A stretch of 64,000 bases of DNA from an uncultured Trueperaceae bacterium (GCA_963727505.1 CAVSGP010000006.1:1-64000); one strand, 5' to 3'. Positions 1 through 13,674 are shown, numbered from the stretch's first letter. Numbers and translations: made by a program. The notes: a model not told the origin generated them from the sequence alone.

Positions 1-32
1 TGCTCACTCATCCATCCTTTAGTCAACCAAAA

Positions 33-2975
<2,943 letters not shown>

Positions 2976-3042
2976 TTTGCGGACTCATCCTGAGGAAGCA
3001 GAGCTCGGCTCGCAATCGCTCCTGTTCCCTGTCACTATTTTT

Positions 3043-3164
3043 TCTCTTCGTGCTTCTAGCGGCGTGGACCCACCCGATCCCATTCCGAACTCGGAAGTTA
3101 AGCACGCCAGCGCCGATGATAGTTGGGGGGCAGCCCCCTGCGAAAGTAGGTCAGCGCGGGGAGA
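3043..3164 (+). rRNA. rrf: 5S ribosomal RNA
   Basis: CCCATTCCGAACTCGGAAGTTAAGC and GAAAGTAGGTCAGCGC motifs with a terminal stem. Ends are approximate. Confidence 0.98.
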
Positions 3165-3181
3165 TTATATTCTCGGGCAGA

Positions 3182-3207
3182 AGGTCTAAGGCTCCGGCCT
3201 TAGACCT
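3182..3207 (+). other. Perfect 11-bp hairpin in the 5S-tRNA spacer (processing or partial terminator)
   Basis: AGGTCTAAGGC-TCCG-GCCTTAGACCT. Confidence 0.6.
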
Positions 3208-3214
3208 CTTGCCA

Positions 3215-3291
<77 letters not shown>

Positions 3292-3320
3292 ATCGAAGAC
3301 CGGTGCCTTCGTGGCACGAA

Positions 3321-3358
3321 GCGAAGTGGCCCTTGCCTTCCGGCGGGGGCCACTTCGC
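3321..3358. terminator. Putative terminator hairpin after the rRNA-tRNA unit
   Basis: GCGAAGTGGCCC...GGGCCACTTCGC inverted repeat between convergent genes; no strong U-tract. Confidence 0.55.
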
Positions 3359-3481
3359 TGTCATGCGGTGGCTGTCATGCGGTGAGGGACCCGACGGACG
3401 CACCGGGAGCGAGCTCCGGCGCGAGCGATCGGCAGCGTGCTGCGGCGTACGGAAGGTGTGCCGTGCGGAAGGTGCGAGCGC

Positions 3482-3829
3482 TCAGGCCGGGGGGCCGGCG
3501 GGGCCGGTGTGGGCCGTGCCCGGGACGCGGGTCGGGGGCACGAGCAGCGCGAGCGCGACGGCGGCATTGAGATAGGGGATGAAGACCAGGCCCGAGAACA
3601 GGATGGAAGCCTCGATGTTGCGCAGGCGTCCGATCATCTGCGCCTGGATGACGACCAGGACCAGGACGAGCACCGCCAGGAAGAGCAGCGCCTGCCCCGC
3701 TTGCCCCGCCCGGATCACCTGCCAGCGCCACAGCAGGACCGGCACCGACACGATCAGGCACGCGAGCAGCCGGACCGCGTACTCCCCACGCCCGATGCTC
3801 CGGGTGTACGGGAACAGCGCATCGACCAT
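3482..3829 (-). CDS. Small membrane protein, DUF805-like (115 aa)
   Basis: ATG 3829 after a GGAGGTGG RBS; IGRGEY...RLRNIEAS...FIPYLN pattern with about 3 TM segments. Confidence 0.7.
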   Translation of the reverse strand: MVDALFPYTRSIGRGEYAVRLLACLIVSVPVLLWRWQVIRAGQAGQALLFLAVLVLVLVVIQAQMIGRLRNIEASILFSGLVFIPYLNAAVALALLVPPTRVPGTAHTGPAGPPA

Positions 3830-3886
3830 CTCTGACCACCTCCTGGGCCGGGGACGTTCGTCCCGGTATGGGCCAGTATGGCATAC

Positions 3887-3900
3887 CGAACGAACGTTCG
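3887..3900. promoter_or_regulatory. Pseudopalindromic TetR/PaaR-type operator
   Basis: CGAACGAACGTTCG, identical to 57423-57436; fits CNAACGNNCGTTNG. Confidence 0.5.
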
Positions 3901-4133
3901 GTCGGTCTCTATGCCATGGCCCGGAAGCCCACGCGGGCGGGCGCGTCCGGACCGGACACAGGGCCCGTAGAAGTGGACGCCGGGTTCCGGACACCGGGTG
4001 CCGTTACAGCGCGTTCCGTTGGCGAGCAGTGGGCTTCCGGGACGGGGGGCAGCATGTAGGAGCGACGTCGAAATCACGCGCCCACGTTCGAGGCCGCGAT
4101 GGGCTCGGGCGGCGGCGCAGGGCCGCGCCACGC

Positions 4134-5306
4134 CTACAGCTGCGCAGAGCGATCGGGACCGGACGGACCGTCCGTGAGGAGCTGTCGGATGTGGCCTTCC
4201 ATGCGTTGGCCGACGCGATCCCAGTTGTAGCGATCTTGGGCGAGCGTGCGGCCGTTCTCGCCAAGATCGCGGCGGCGCTGTGGGTCTGAAAGCAGCTCGT
4301 CGAGGTGGCCTGCCAGCGTGGCGGCGTCGCCGGGGTCGATCAGGTAACCGTTGTGCCCGTCTTCGACCATGTCGGGCAGGGCGCCGACGCGCGTGGAGAG
4401 GATCGGGAGGCCGTGCGACATGGCCTCGACGAATACGATCCCGAAGGGCTCCTGCCAGGTGGGCATGCAGAAGACGCTGGCCTGCTCGTAGTACTCGTGC
4501 ACGCGATCGATGGAGACGGGTCCGACCCGGTCTACGTTGGGCTCATCGAGGGCGGGTGAGGCGCCGACGAGGGTCAACGTGGCGTCGGGGTGACGGTGGC
4601 GGATCCGGCGGAAGGCTTCCAGAAGGGTGGGGCCCCCCTTGCGCTCCCAGTCCAAGCCGACGAACAGGATGCGCTTGCGGTCGTGGCGGTCACCCGACGC
4701 GGGGCGCAACTCCAACTTCGCGTTGCTCCCCGCATACACGCAGTGCACGCGCTCCGGCGCGAGGCCGTAGTGGGTGACGAGGGTCTGGAGCACGTTATGG
4801 CTCCGCACGAACACACGGGCTGCGTTGTGGTAGATGGCGGCCTCCAGGGCCTGCCAACGGGGGGGATAGAGGCTCCGTTCCACACCCGATGCGTACTCCA
4901 GGTTGCTCTGGTTGGTGTGATCGGTATAGATGAGATGGGGAACGCCCGGCACGCTCGTGTCGAACAACGACTGCATCTGGAAGGAGAAGGCGTGTTCGCC
5001 GGGACGGATCCACTCGCGGGCCAGGCGCTTGATGCGGCCGTAGAGGTAGTGCGTACGAAGGAAGCTCTGGCGCACCTTGCGTTTCCCTCGCAAGATGTCC
5101 CAGCCGTAGGCGCCCAGGGTCGCGCCGGCGTTGACGGCGAGGAGGTCCGGGCGGGAACGCACCAGCGTGGAGAGATCGATCACGTCGACCTCGTACTCGG
5201 GGAAGCGTTGTTGGAGCTGCGCCAGCACGAATTCCGACGCCAGGGGGATGGTCCCCACCTTCAGGAATGCCATACGCCGGGCCGTGCCGGAGGATGGCGC
5301 GCTCAT
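4134..5306 (-). CDS. Glycosyltransferase family 4 (GT-B)
   Basis: ILFVG...RKG and EPFGIVFVEAM (Ex7E) motifs. Confidence 0.93.
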   Translation of the reverse strand: MSAPSSGTARRMAFLKVGTIPLASEFVLAQLQQRFPEYEVDVIDLSTLVRSRPDLLAVNAGATLGAYGWDILRGKRKVRQSFLRTHYLYGRIKRLAREWIRPGEHAFSFQMQSLFDTSVPGVPHLIYTDHTNQSNLEYASGVERSLYPPRWQALEAAIYHNAARVFVRSHNVLQTLVTHYGLAPERVHCVYAGSNAKLELRPASGDRHDRKRILFVGLDWERKGGPTLLEAFRRIRHRHPDATLTLVGASPALDEPNVDRVGPVSIDRVHEYYEQASVFCMPTWQEPFGIVFVEAMSHGLPILSTRVGALPDMVEDGHNGYLIDPGDAATLAGHLDELLSDPQRRRDLGENGRTLAQDRYNWDRVGQRMEGHIRQLLTDGPSGPDRSAQL

Positions 5307-5456
5307 TCGGTTGCTGCGACGCGATCGAGCCGGACGGCGCGGCCCGGCAGCTGAGCGAACAATCCCCTCATGGACGGCGGAGAGCGAAGGTGCATCGAAG
5401 CACTTTAGCAGACCGTCGAGGCCACTCGATGGCGCTAGCGGACCCTGCGGATTGCC

Positions 5457-5565
5457 TCACGGGGGCGGCATTGACGAAGGCGATGAACCCCGGGCGGAGA
5501 GCAGGATGGAGGCGCCGATAGCGCGCTTGCCACCTCCGGGTGTACGGGAACGGCGCATCGATCAT
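5457..5565 (-). pseudogene. Internally deleted, decayed copy of the DUF805-like gene
   Basis: MIDAPFPYTR vs MVDALFPYTR. 5534-5600 aligns with 3798-3865 and 5465-5520 with 3561-3615; about 170 bp are missing between them. Confidence 0.75.
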
Positions 5566-5835
5566 CGCGGACCACCTCTTGAAGGCGGGGACGTTCGCCC
5601 CGGTGGATCCCGGCATGACACGCCGACCGAATGGTCGTTCGGTGACCGAGCGCACGAGCGATGCCGGGCCCGCCGCGTGGCCCGCAGAGAGGCCCGCAGG
5701 CTCTGGCGTCGCGCGGCGTCTGGACGGGGCGTGTAACGGTTGCGGAGCTTCCGGGAGGTCGTCCCGTAGCACGCTCATTGATAGAAGGTGGGGGCCGTTG
5801 CTTCGTGCGGGCCGAGGTTCGTTCCGGCTGCCGGC

Positions 5836-5952
5836 TCACGCCAGGTTCAACTGCCAGGAAACGCCGAAGCGGTCCTCGATCCAGGCGAAGCGCCGGCTGA
5901 AGCCGTAATCGCCGACCGCCATGAGCTGCTTGCCGCCCTCGCCGAGGGCCGA
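5836..5952 (-). pseudogene. 3' remnant of a VOC/PhnB-like gene
   Basis: Reads ALGEGGKQLMAVGDYGFSRRFAWIEDRFGVSWQLNLA*, a typical PhnB-like C-terminus; no N-terminal part before the upstream gene's stop. Confidence 0.8.
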
Positions 5953-5956
5953 GCCT

Positions 5957-6178
5957 TCAGCGGCGCCGGGATCCGGCGACGGCGAGCCCCACGCCGGCCA
6001 GGACCGCCGCACCCGACGCGATGTCGGGGATCGTGACGGTCCTGCGCTGCTGCGCCTGGACGGAGACGGGCCCGAGGTCGAGGGCGGTTCGCTGGCGCGT
6101 GTAGGTGATGCGCGGGAAGACGAAGCCGAGCACTCCCAGCACGATGAGCACCAGGCCGATGAGGGTCAACCTTCGCAT
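5957..6178 (-). CDS. Small 2-TM membrane protein (DUF3185-like, 73 aa)
   Basis: MRRLTLIGLVLIVLG...ITYT...LDLGPV...RTVTIP pattern with GGAGG RBS. Confidence 0.75.
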   Translation of the reverse strand: MRRLTLIGLVLIVLGVLGFVFPRITYTRQRTALDLGPVSVQAQQRRTVTIPDIASGAAVLAGVGLAVAGSRRR

Positions 6179-6203
6179 GAGGGCCTCCGGGGCCGGGGCC
6201 CGG

Positions 6204-6368
6204 TCACAGGCTCCGGAACAGACTGCCCAGCAACGACAGCACGAAGACGACGAGGAAGACGAAGAACAGGATCCTGGCGACGGACGCGGCGCCCGCCGCG
6301 ATCCCACCGAATCCGAAGAATCCGGCCACGAGGGCGATGACGAGAAACAGCAGGGTCCAGCGGAGCAT
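6204..6368 (-). CDS. DUF1328/UPF0391 small membrane protein (54 aa)
   Basis: [40 protein letters not shown] signature with GGAGG RBS. Confidence 0.92.
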   Translation of the reverse strand: MLRWTLLFLVIALVAGFFGFGGIAAGAASVARILFFVFLVVFVLSLLGSLFRSL

Positions 6369-6559
6369 CGGACCTCCCTTTCCGAGCCCCCGGCTGGGAG
6401 CTCGGGTGAAGCCTAGGGGGCCGGTGCGCCGGTCGGCCGTCGTCGGGCGAACGCGCGCCCGTCGCGGTGAAGGGCTCGTGAAGGGGAGCTGGCGGGCGTG
6501 AGCGGGGGGTGACGTTCCGCTCATCGAGCGGCGCGCCCTCCCCCCACCCACGCTCGGGA

Positions 6560-9181
6560 TCAGTGCGGCGTGGTCCAGTAGTTCACGACCTCGATCTTCT
6601 GCCCGTCGATGGGCTGCACGTAGGTGAAGAGCCCGAAGTTGTAGTAGTTGGCGTTGAAGTCCGTCGGGGAGATGCTGCCGACGGTGCCGGTGTACGTCGT
6701 CGACGTGCCGCTCGTGACCGTGAGGCCGGCCGACACGCCGTAGCCCACGTTGAAGCCGAAGACGAAGCCTTCGCCGGACGTCTCGAAGTCGTAGCTGTAG
6801 TCCATGGCGAGGGTGCCGGTCGCGCTGATCTCGTTGCTCACGGCGATGCTCAGTTGCGTGCTGCCGGTACCTTCCCCGACCGTCTTGGGTCCGTTGTCGA
6901 TGCCACCGTACTGGCTGAGCAGGCTCGCCTCTTGCGCCGACGTCGGGTAGGTCGAGACGTCGCCGATGGTGTGCTGGAACACCCGCGAGTCGATCTTGAG
7001 CGCGCCGTCGGGCACCGCGGCGTTGTAGAAGCCGCGTTCCGCGATCAGTGTGATCGGCGTGCGCGGGAGCGAGACCACGACGAGCTTGCCCACGAGGTTG
7101 GGATCGGCGGCGGAGACGATGGTGTAGGTGTACTGGTCGTACGGGACGGTGGTGAAGATCACGCCGTCCTGCATGCTTCCGGTCGCGTACGTGACGGTCT
7201 TGGTGACGTCGTAGGAGTTCGATACCGTCGCGGTGGCGGTGGCGGAGATCGACTCCTTCTCCTGGGCCTTGAAAGTCCCGACGAAGGGCACGGCCGCCTC
7301 CTCCTCGACGCCCACCGTAACGCCCGCGGTCACGCTCACGCTGACGCTGGAGCCGCCACCCGAGCTGGTGCCCTGCCCGAAGGTCGTCACACACGCGCTC
7401 ACGTTCTGATCGATGCTCTCCTGGCAGGGCGCGGCGGCCAGGGCCGCGATGACGATGGGCTGGGTGAACACCAGCTTGTAGCTGCTGTCGGAGTACTTCA
7501 GGACGGGTCCGCTGGGCTCGGTCTGCGTCGGCACGAGGATCGGCCGGACGTTGGCCTGGTAGTTGTAGTTGTCCGTCGGGATCGACGACAGCTGCGCCCA
7601 GCCGTCATCCCCGACGGCGCTGACCTGCGACTGCCCCCACACCTGCACCTCCGGGTGCCACTGCACGTACACCAGCAGGTTCTGCCGCCCATCGGCGGTG
7701 ACGTCACCGACCGCCACGGCGGCGTGCGTGGGGCTCAGGGTGACGCCCGCGTCGCTGCTCGAGTTGGCGATGAAGCTGGCGTCGGGCAGCGTCATCACCG
7801 CCTGGGTGCTGTCCTTCTTCGGGCACAGGCCGGTGGCGCAAGAGGGCGCGTACTCGTACAGGAACTGGTTGGCGACGATGGTGTCGACGCCGTCGCCGGT
7901 CAGGTCGAGGGTGTTGACGAAGGTGAAGTACACCTTCCACGGGTTGTTGGCGTAATTGGAGCAGCCGGTGAACGCCGCGTTCGGCTCGAAGATCGCTCCG
8001 AGCGACGCGAAACTGTGCGCGGCGTCGTCGAGCGCCGTGACGATCTGCCCGTGGCCGCTGCACTGGGTGTCGAAGTTCGTCGGGCCCCCCATGATGACCT
8101 CGTCCACGCCGTCGCCGTCGATGTCGCCCAGGCTGATGTCGCCGGCGAGCGCGACGTGCACGCCGCCATTTGAGCCCTGCACGGTGCCGCTCTTGAGCTC
8201 CTTGAAGCCCGTCGAGGCATCGTCGAAGATGTGGTAGGTCGCCGTCCCGCTGGAGCTACTGGCGAACTCGTCGACGACCAGCGCGAGCTCGTCCGCGCGA
8301 TCGTAGTCGAGGTTGCCCGCGGCGAGGCGGAAGTAGATCGACGATCCGCTGATCGCCGGGGAGAACGTCTTGGTGGCCGAGGTGTCGACCGCGTAACCGG
8401 TCGACGTGGCGTTCAGGAAGAGCAGCTCTGCGTGGTCGGCATAGGCCGCGGCGATCGCGATCTGCGACGTACCGTCGCCGTTGAAGTCGCCGGTGACGAC
8501 CGACACGTCGGTGATGCCCAGGGCGTCGGCCACGGTGGTGGTGCTGTGGGCGTAACTTTCCTTGCTGTCCTGGATGACGTCGATCTTGAGGGTGGGGTCG
8601 GCGCCCGCGCTGATGGGCGGCACGACCCAGGCGGCGACGAGCTCCTGCAGACCGTCGCCGTCCAGGTCGCCGGTCGTGACCGATCGAAGCGATTGCACGT
8701 CGTTGTTGATGCCCGACGCGTTGCTCGGGACCGCCCACGGGTAGGTGGACGCGTCGAAGCTCTGCAAGGCGGACGCCGTACCGTAGTCGGGTGTGTTGCT
8801 CGTGACCGTGGCGCCCGTGATCTTCATCAGGTTGGATGGATAGAGCTTCTGGCTGTCCGAAGGAAGCGTCGGCCCTACCAGCAGGACCGCGTCGGTGGCG
8901 TGGGCGGCGCTCTGGTTCGAGAAGTCCGGTGGGTCGCCGTACGCCGCGCTGGTGCCGAGGGGCGCGAAGCCGGCCGGAAGGTCGTTGCCGGTCGGTGACT
9001 TACGCTTCGTCGGGCTGGTATCGACCCCGAGCTTGTTGAGCGAGGCGGCGACCGGATCGGGCCCTCCACCTCCACCGCCACCGCCGCCGGGTGCGGAGGA
9101 CGAGCAGCCGCTCAGAACGGTGCAGCTCGCGACGATCGAGACGAAGAGGACTCCACGAAGACGGCGAACGACGTGTCGCAT
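6560..9181 (-). CDS. Large lipoprotein (873 aa) with FG-GAP/VCBS-type repeats and a Ser/Thr-rich beta C-terminal domain
   Basis: GGAGGAG RBS, lipobox LSGC, poly-Gly linker, six GD(L/F/I)xGDG-like repeats, strong GC3 codon bias. Confidence 0.88.
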   Translation of the reverse strand: MRHVVRRLRGVLFVSIVASCTVLSGCSSSAPGGGGGGGGGPDPVAASLNKLGVDTSPTKRKSPTGNDLPAGFAPLGTSAAYGDPPDFSNQSAAHATDAVLLVGPTLPSDSQKLYPSNLMKITGATVTSNTPDYGTASALQSFDASTYPWAVPSNASGINNDVQSLRSVTTGDLDGDGLQELVAAWVVPPISAGADPTLKIDVIQDSKESYAHSTTTVADALGITDVSVVTGDFNGDGTSQIAIAAAYADHAELLFLNATSTGYAVDTSATKTFSPAISGSSIYFRLAAGNLDYDRADELALVVDEFASSSSGTATYHIFDDASTGFKELKSGTVQGSNGGVHVALAGDISLGDIDGDGVDEVIMGGPTNFDTQCSGHGQIVTALDDAAHSFASLGAIFEPNAAFTGCSNYANNPWKVYFTFVNTLDLTGDGVDTIVANQFLYEYAPSCATGLCPKKDSTQAVMTLPDASFIANSSSDAGVTLSPTHAAVAVGDVTADGRQNLLVYVQWHPEVQVWGQSQVSAVGDDGWAQLSSIPTDNYNYQANVRPILVPTQTEPSGPVLKYSDSSYKLVFTQPIVIAALAAAPCQESIDQNVSACVTTFGQGTSSGGGSSVSVSVTAGVTVGVEEEAAVPFVGTFKAQEKESISATATATVSNSYDVTKTVTYATGSMQDGVIFTTVPYDQYTYTIVSAADPNLVGKLVVVSLPRTPITLIAERGFYNAAVPDGALKIDSRVFQHTIGDVSTYPTSAQEASLLSQYGGIDNGPKTVGEGTGSTQLSIAVSNEISATGTLAMDYSYDFETSGEGFVFGFNVGYGVSAGLTVTSGTSTTYTGTVGSISPTDFNANYYNFGLFTYVQPIDGQKIEVVNYWTTPH

Positions 9182-9417
9182 GACTCTCCTCCACCCGCGC
9201 GCGCCCCGGCCCTGCGGGCTTCCTCGCTCGGGTGCCCCTAAGGTTTGCGGTGCGGCGGAACGCTGAACACAGGGAATGCAGCGACAGCCTGCGTCGTTGC
9301 CTTTGCGGGCGGGACCTGCCCGCACGCGGCGCCGACGACCGCAAGGGCGTTCCCACCACGGGCACGACCGGCCTTGGCTCGCCCGCCCCTGTTCCTTCAT
9401 GACGTGATGCGGTTCGG

Positions 9418-9446
9418 AGTATAGGACGATTGGCCGGCGAAGGCAA
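9418..9446 (-). promoter_or_regulatory. Sigma70-type promoter of the FG-GAP lipoprotein
   Basis: TTGCCT-17 bp-TATACT on the minus strand, about 230 nt upstream of the ATG. Confidence 0.55.
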
Positions 9447-9763
9447 CGGCAGCGGTCGGGGAAGCGTGGCACGAGGACCGGGATCTGCGGCGCCGGTGCG
9501 ATGTTGCGTCGGGACGCCGCGGGCGGTACTCCGTGCCGACCGTGGTCGCCGGACGCCGGAGAATCCTCCCCGGGCGTGTCCCTTTCGGGCGCCCGTCGGA
9601 TTGAGTCTTGTGTGTACGCGGCCCCTCGGGGAGGCCGTCCCTGAGCGCCGCCATTGTAGGATGTCTATGTGATCGATCAGCCTGGCCAGTTCACTGGCTT
9701 CCCGCCAAGAACCGAAGAGCACGGGGTTACCGGGGGAGAGGGCTGGATTTTGAGGAGGAAGGC

Positions 9764-10852
9764 ATGAAAAAGGTTCCCGGCCTGACACTCGTCGTTGCGG
9801 TCCTGCTGATCTTCGGCGCGACTTCGGTGTTCGCGCAAGGTAGCGGAGGCACCAGCACGCCATCGGCTTCGAACTTGCTTGCGGGAGTCGTTACCGACAC
9901 CGGCGGTATCGACGACCGGTCGTTCAACGCCTCGGCATGGGAGGGCCTCAAGAAGGCGGAAGCGGCCTACGGCATCAAGGCCCAGTACCTGTCGTCGACG
10001 AACCAGAGCGACTACGCCCCCAACATCCAGGCCTTCATCCAGAAGAACGCCAACCTCATCGTCACGGTCGGCTTCCTCATGGGCGACGCGACCAAGGCGG
10101 CGGCGGCGGCCCATCCGGACCAGAAGTTCGCCATCGTGGACTACACGTACGATCCTGCGATCCCGAACGTCCTCGGGCTGATCTACAACACCAACCAGGC
10201 GGCCTTCCTCGGCGGGTACCTGGCTGCGGCGATGTCGAAGTCGGGCGCTGTGGCGACCTTCGGTGGCATGAAGATCCCGACCGTCACCATCTACATGGAC
10301 GGCTTCACCGCCGGCGTCCGTTACTACGACCAGCAGAAGGGCAAGTCGGTCAAGGTGCTCGGTTGGGATCCCGAGAAGGCGTCAGGCACCTTCACCAACG
10401 ACTTCACCAACCAGGCGAAGGGCAAGACGGTGACCGAGGCCCTGATGAACCAGGGCGCCGACATCATCTTCCCGGTCGCGGGCTCGGTGGGTCTGGGCTC
10501 GGCCGCCGCTGTGCAGCAGCACGACAGCGCCTCCCCGGACAGCCCCGTGTACATGGAATGGGTCGACACCGACGGCTGCGTGTCCGCTCCCCAGTACTGC
10601 AGCCTCTTCCTGACCAGCGTTACCAAGGGGATCGCCAACTCGGTCGAGGCGGCTGTCGGGGAGGTCCTGGACGGTAGCTTCAAGGGCGGCAACTACGTCG
10701 GAACGCTCGAGAACGGCGGCACGGGCCTGGCCCCCTTCCACGACTTCGAGAGCAAGATCCCGGATTCGGTGAAGACGGAGCTCCAGACCATCAAGCAGGG
10801 CATCATCGACGGCTCGATCTCCGTCGACCCGAAGTCCTATCCCATTCCGTGA
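9764..10852 (+). CDS. BMP-family ABC transporter substrate-binding protein (nucleoside/purine)
   Basis: TDTGGIDDRSFN, GFLM, DIIFPVAG motifs; signal peptide; GAGGAGG RBS. Confidence 0.95.
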   Translation: MKKVPGLTLVVAVLLIFGATSVFAQGSGGTSTPSASNLLAGVVTDTGGIDDRSFNASAWEGLKKAEAAYGIKAQYLSSTNQSDYAPNIQAFIQKNANLIVTVGFLMGDATKAAAAAHPDQKFAIVDYTYDPAIPNVLGLIYNTNQAAFLGGYLAAAMSKSGAVATFGGMKIPTVTIYMDGFTAGVRYYDQQKGKSVKVLGWDPEKASGTFTNDFTNQAKGKTVTEALMNQGADIIFPVAGSVGLGSAAAVQQHDSASPDSPVYMEWVDTDGCVSAPQYCSLFLTSVTKGIANSVEAAVGEVLDGSFKGGNYVGTLENGGTGLAPFHDFESKIPDSVKTELQTIKQGIIDGSISVDPKSYPIP

Positions 10853-10882
10853 CGACGGTCGTAGCCGCGCTTTCCGAACGCA

Positions 10883-12415
10883 ATGCGCCTTGAGCTACGC
10901 GGCATAACCAAGCGGTTCGGCGACCTCGTCGCCAACGAACGCATCGATCTGACCGCCGAGGGGGGCGAAGTGCACGCCCTCCTCGGCGAGAACGGTGCCG
11001 GCAAGACAACGCTCATGAACGTCCTCGACGGTCTGTACCGGCCGGACGAGGGCACCATCCTCATCGATGGGCAGCCCGTCCAATTCGGGGACCCCGGCGA
11101 TGCCATCCGGGCAGGCATCGGTATGGTGCATCAGAACTTCATGCTCATCCCGGTGTTCACGGTCGCTGAGAACGTCATGCTCGGTTTCGAGCGCACGCGC
11201 CGCGGCGGCTTCCTCGACCGGAAACGGGCCCGGTCGGAGATCCGGGAGCTGTCGGCGCGCTTCCGTTTGGAGGTCGATCCCGACGCGCTCGTCGGCGATC
11301 TCTCGGTCGGACAGCAGCAGCGTGTCGAGATCGTCAAGGCGTTGGCGCGCGAAGCGCAGGTGCTCATCCTCGACGAACCCACCGCGGTGCTCACGCCGCA
11401 GGAGATCGACGACCTGTTCCGGGTCGTTCGCTCCCTCCGCGAGTCGGGGAAGACGATCCTCTTCATCACCCACAAGCTCAAGGAGGTGCTGGCGGTGGCC
11501 GACCGGATCACCGTCATCCGTCTGGGGAAGGTGATCGGATCGACGCGCCCGAGCGAGACCGACGAGTCGCGGCTCGCCTCGATGATGGTCGGTCGCGGTG
11601 TCGAGCTGCAGGTGAGCAAGGAGCCGGCGAAACCCGGAGAGCCGGTGCTCGAGGTGGAGGACCTGGTGGCGCTCGACGATGCGGGCCAGGTCGCCGTGGA
11701 CGGGGTGTCCTTCCGGGTGCGCGCCGGTGAGATCCTGTCGGTCGCCGGCGTGCAGGGCAACGGCCAGACCGAGCTCGCCGAGGCGCTCACGGGGTTGGCC
11801 ACGGTGGTCGCCGGCACGGTCCGCATCGCCGGCAAGGACGTGACCGGGGCTTCGCCGAAGGACGTTCTCCGGTCGGGTGTGGGCCACGTGCCGGAGGACC
11901 GCCTGCGCGACGGTCTGGTGGGTAGCTTCTCGATCGCCGAGAATTTGATCCTGGACGTCTTCGATGATGCGCCGTACTCGCGCCGAGGCGCCCTCGACTG
12001 GGCCCGCATCCATTCCAGTGCCGAGGAGCGCTTGAAGGAGTTCGATATCCGAGCTAGCAGCATCCACACCACCGCTGCGACGCTGTCCGGGGGCAACCAG
12101 CAGAAGGTCATCGTCGCTCGTGAGCTCTCGCGGGACATCCGTCTGATCATCGTGTCGCAGCCCACGCGTGGCCTCGACGTCGCCTCGATCGAGTACGTGC
12201 ACCGTCGGCTGGTGGCGGCACGGGACGCGGGCGCGGCCGTGCTGCTGATCTCCGCGGAGCTCGACGAGGCCATGCAGCTCGCCGACCGTATCGTGATCAT
12301 GTACCGGGGCAAGCTTGTCGGGCCCTACGAGCAGTCCGACGTAACGAGGGACCAGGTCGGGTTGCTGATGGCCGGCGGCCGACCGGAGGAGATCATGGCC
12401 GGGGGCGCGCGATGA
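10883..12415 (+). CDS. CUT2 ABC transporter ATP-binding protein (tandem NBDs)
   Basis: [28 protein letters not shown]. Confidence 0.96.
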   Translation: MRLELRGITKRFGDLVANERIDLTAEGGEVHALLGENGAGKTTLMNVLDGLYRPDEGTILIDGQPVQFGDPGDAIRAGIGMVHQNFMLIPVFTVAENVMLGFERTRRGGFLDRKRARSEIRELSARFRLEVDPDALVGDLSVGQQQRVEIVKALAREAQVLILDEPTAVLTPQEIDDLFRVVRSLRESGKTILFITHKLKEVLAVADRITVIRLGKVIGSTRPSETDESRLASMMVGRGVELQVSKEPAKPGEPVLEVEDLVALDDAGQVAVDGVSFRVRAGEILSVAGVQGNGQTELAEALTGLATVVAGTVRIAGKDVTGASPKDVLRSGVGHVPEDRLRDGLVGSFSIAENLILDVFDDAPYSRRGALDWARIHSSAEERLKEFDIRASSIHTTAATLSGGNQQKVIVARELSRDIRLIIVSQPTRGLDVASIEYVHRRLVAARDAGAAVLLISAELDEAMQLADRIVIMYRGKLVGPYEQSDVTRDQVGLLMAGGRPEEIMAGGAR

Positions 12416-13674
12416 GCGACGATCCCGTTCGGCCCGGGGCCGATCCGCGTGCAGGGTCCTCCGTCCTCGCGAGGGTCGGCCGCTTCTTCCTGAGCGGCAA
12501 CGTGGTGATGGTCACTTTCCTCGCCTTCGTGAGCGCGCTCGTCATCGGGGCGATCATCATCATCTTCGCGACCCCGGATGCCATGGCCGCCTGGGGCCAT
12601 GTCGCCCGGGCGCCGGGCGCCGCCCTCGCACGGAGCTGGCACGCCATCGCCACCGCCTACTCGGCGCTCTTCATCGGCTCGATCGGGAGCCCGCGCGGCA
12701 TCGTGCAGGCGATCGCGAGCGGAGACGGCGCGAAGATCTCGAGCGCCTTCTATCCGTTGTCGGAGACGCTGGTCTCGACGACCCCGCTGATGATGTCGGG
12801 TCTGGGCATCGCGCTCGCGTTCCGGGCGGGGCTGTTCGACATCGGAGGTCAGGGCCAGCTCATCCTCGGCGCCCTCGGGGGGACCCTGGCCGGTTTCCTC
12901 ATGCCGGGTCTTCCCATCTACCTACACGTGCCTCTCGCCATCGTCGTGGGCGCGGCGTTCGGCGCGGCCTGGGGCTTCATCCCCGGCCTCCTCAAGGCGC
13001 GCACGGGTGCGCACGAGGTCATCACGTCGATGATGCTCAACTACGTCGCGCTGAACCTCCTGACGTACCTGCTCACCACGGCGCTGTTCCAGAAGCCGCC
13101 GCGCTACCAGCCCGTGTCCAAGGCCGTTGCGGCCACGGCGCAGCTGCCCCACATCGCCGGACCGTCCTTGCGCGTGAACCTCGGCATCCTGCTGGCGGTG
13201 GTCAGCATGGTGGCGGTCGCGTGGCTCCTGCAGCGAAGCACGCTCGGGTTCAAGTTCCGGATGCTCGGGGCCAACCGCGAGGCGGCGCGCGTCGCCGGTG
13301 TGAACATCAGCCGGCAGTACGTGCTCGCGATGACGTTGGCGGGAGCGATCGTAGGGCTCGCCGGCACCTTCATGGTGCTCGGCGTCGACCACCAGATGGC
13401 CGCGGGCTACGGAGGCACCATCGGCTTCGACGGCATCACGGTCGCGATCCTCGGTCAGGGCAATCCCTACGGCGTCGGGCTGTCGGCGTTGCTGTTCGGG
13501 GCCTTCGCGGCCGGCGGCCGGACGATGCAGCTGAACGCGAACATCCCGCTTCAGCTCGTGCAGGTGCTGCAGGCGGTGCTGGTTCTGTTCGTGGCGGCGC
13601 CCGGCGTCATCCGCACCATCTTCCGGATCCGCGTGCAAGGAGCCGGTAGGGTCTTCGGAGGCTGGTCCGGATGA
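12412..13674 (+). CDS. Nucleoside ABC transporter permease 1
   Basis: [33 protein letters not shown]. Confidence 0.94.
   Translation: MSDDPVRPGADPRAGSSVLARVGRFFLSGNVVMVTFLAFVSALVIGAIIIIFATPDAMAAWGHVARAPGAALARSWHAIATAYSALFIGSIGSPRGIVQAIASGDGAKISSAFYPLSETLVSTTPLMMSGLGIALAFRAGLFDIGGQGQLILGALGGTLAGFLMPGLPIYLHVPLAIVVGAAFGAAWGFIPGLLKARTGAHEVITSMMLNYVALNLLTYLLTTALFQKPPRYQPVSKAVAATAQLPHIAGPSLRVNLGILLAVVSMVAVAWLLQRSTLGFKFRMLGANREAARVAGVNISRQYVLAMTLAGAIVGLAGTFMVLGVDHQMAAGYGGTIGFDGITVAILGQGNPYGVGLSALLFGAFAAGGRTMQLNANIPLQLVQVLQAVLVLFVAAPGVIRTIFRIRVQGAGRVFGGWSG

Noticed and set aside
3357..3384. GCTGTCATGCGGTG x2 as a Pho box
   Set aside because: The period is 14 rather than 11 bp and it lies between convergent genes, so it is a simple tandem duplication.
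9660..9763. Purine riboswitch upstream of the BMP operon
   Set aside because: The TATAAT...ATATGG...TTTCTACC...CCGTAAA core is absent.
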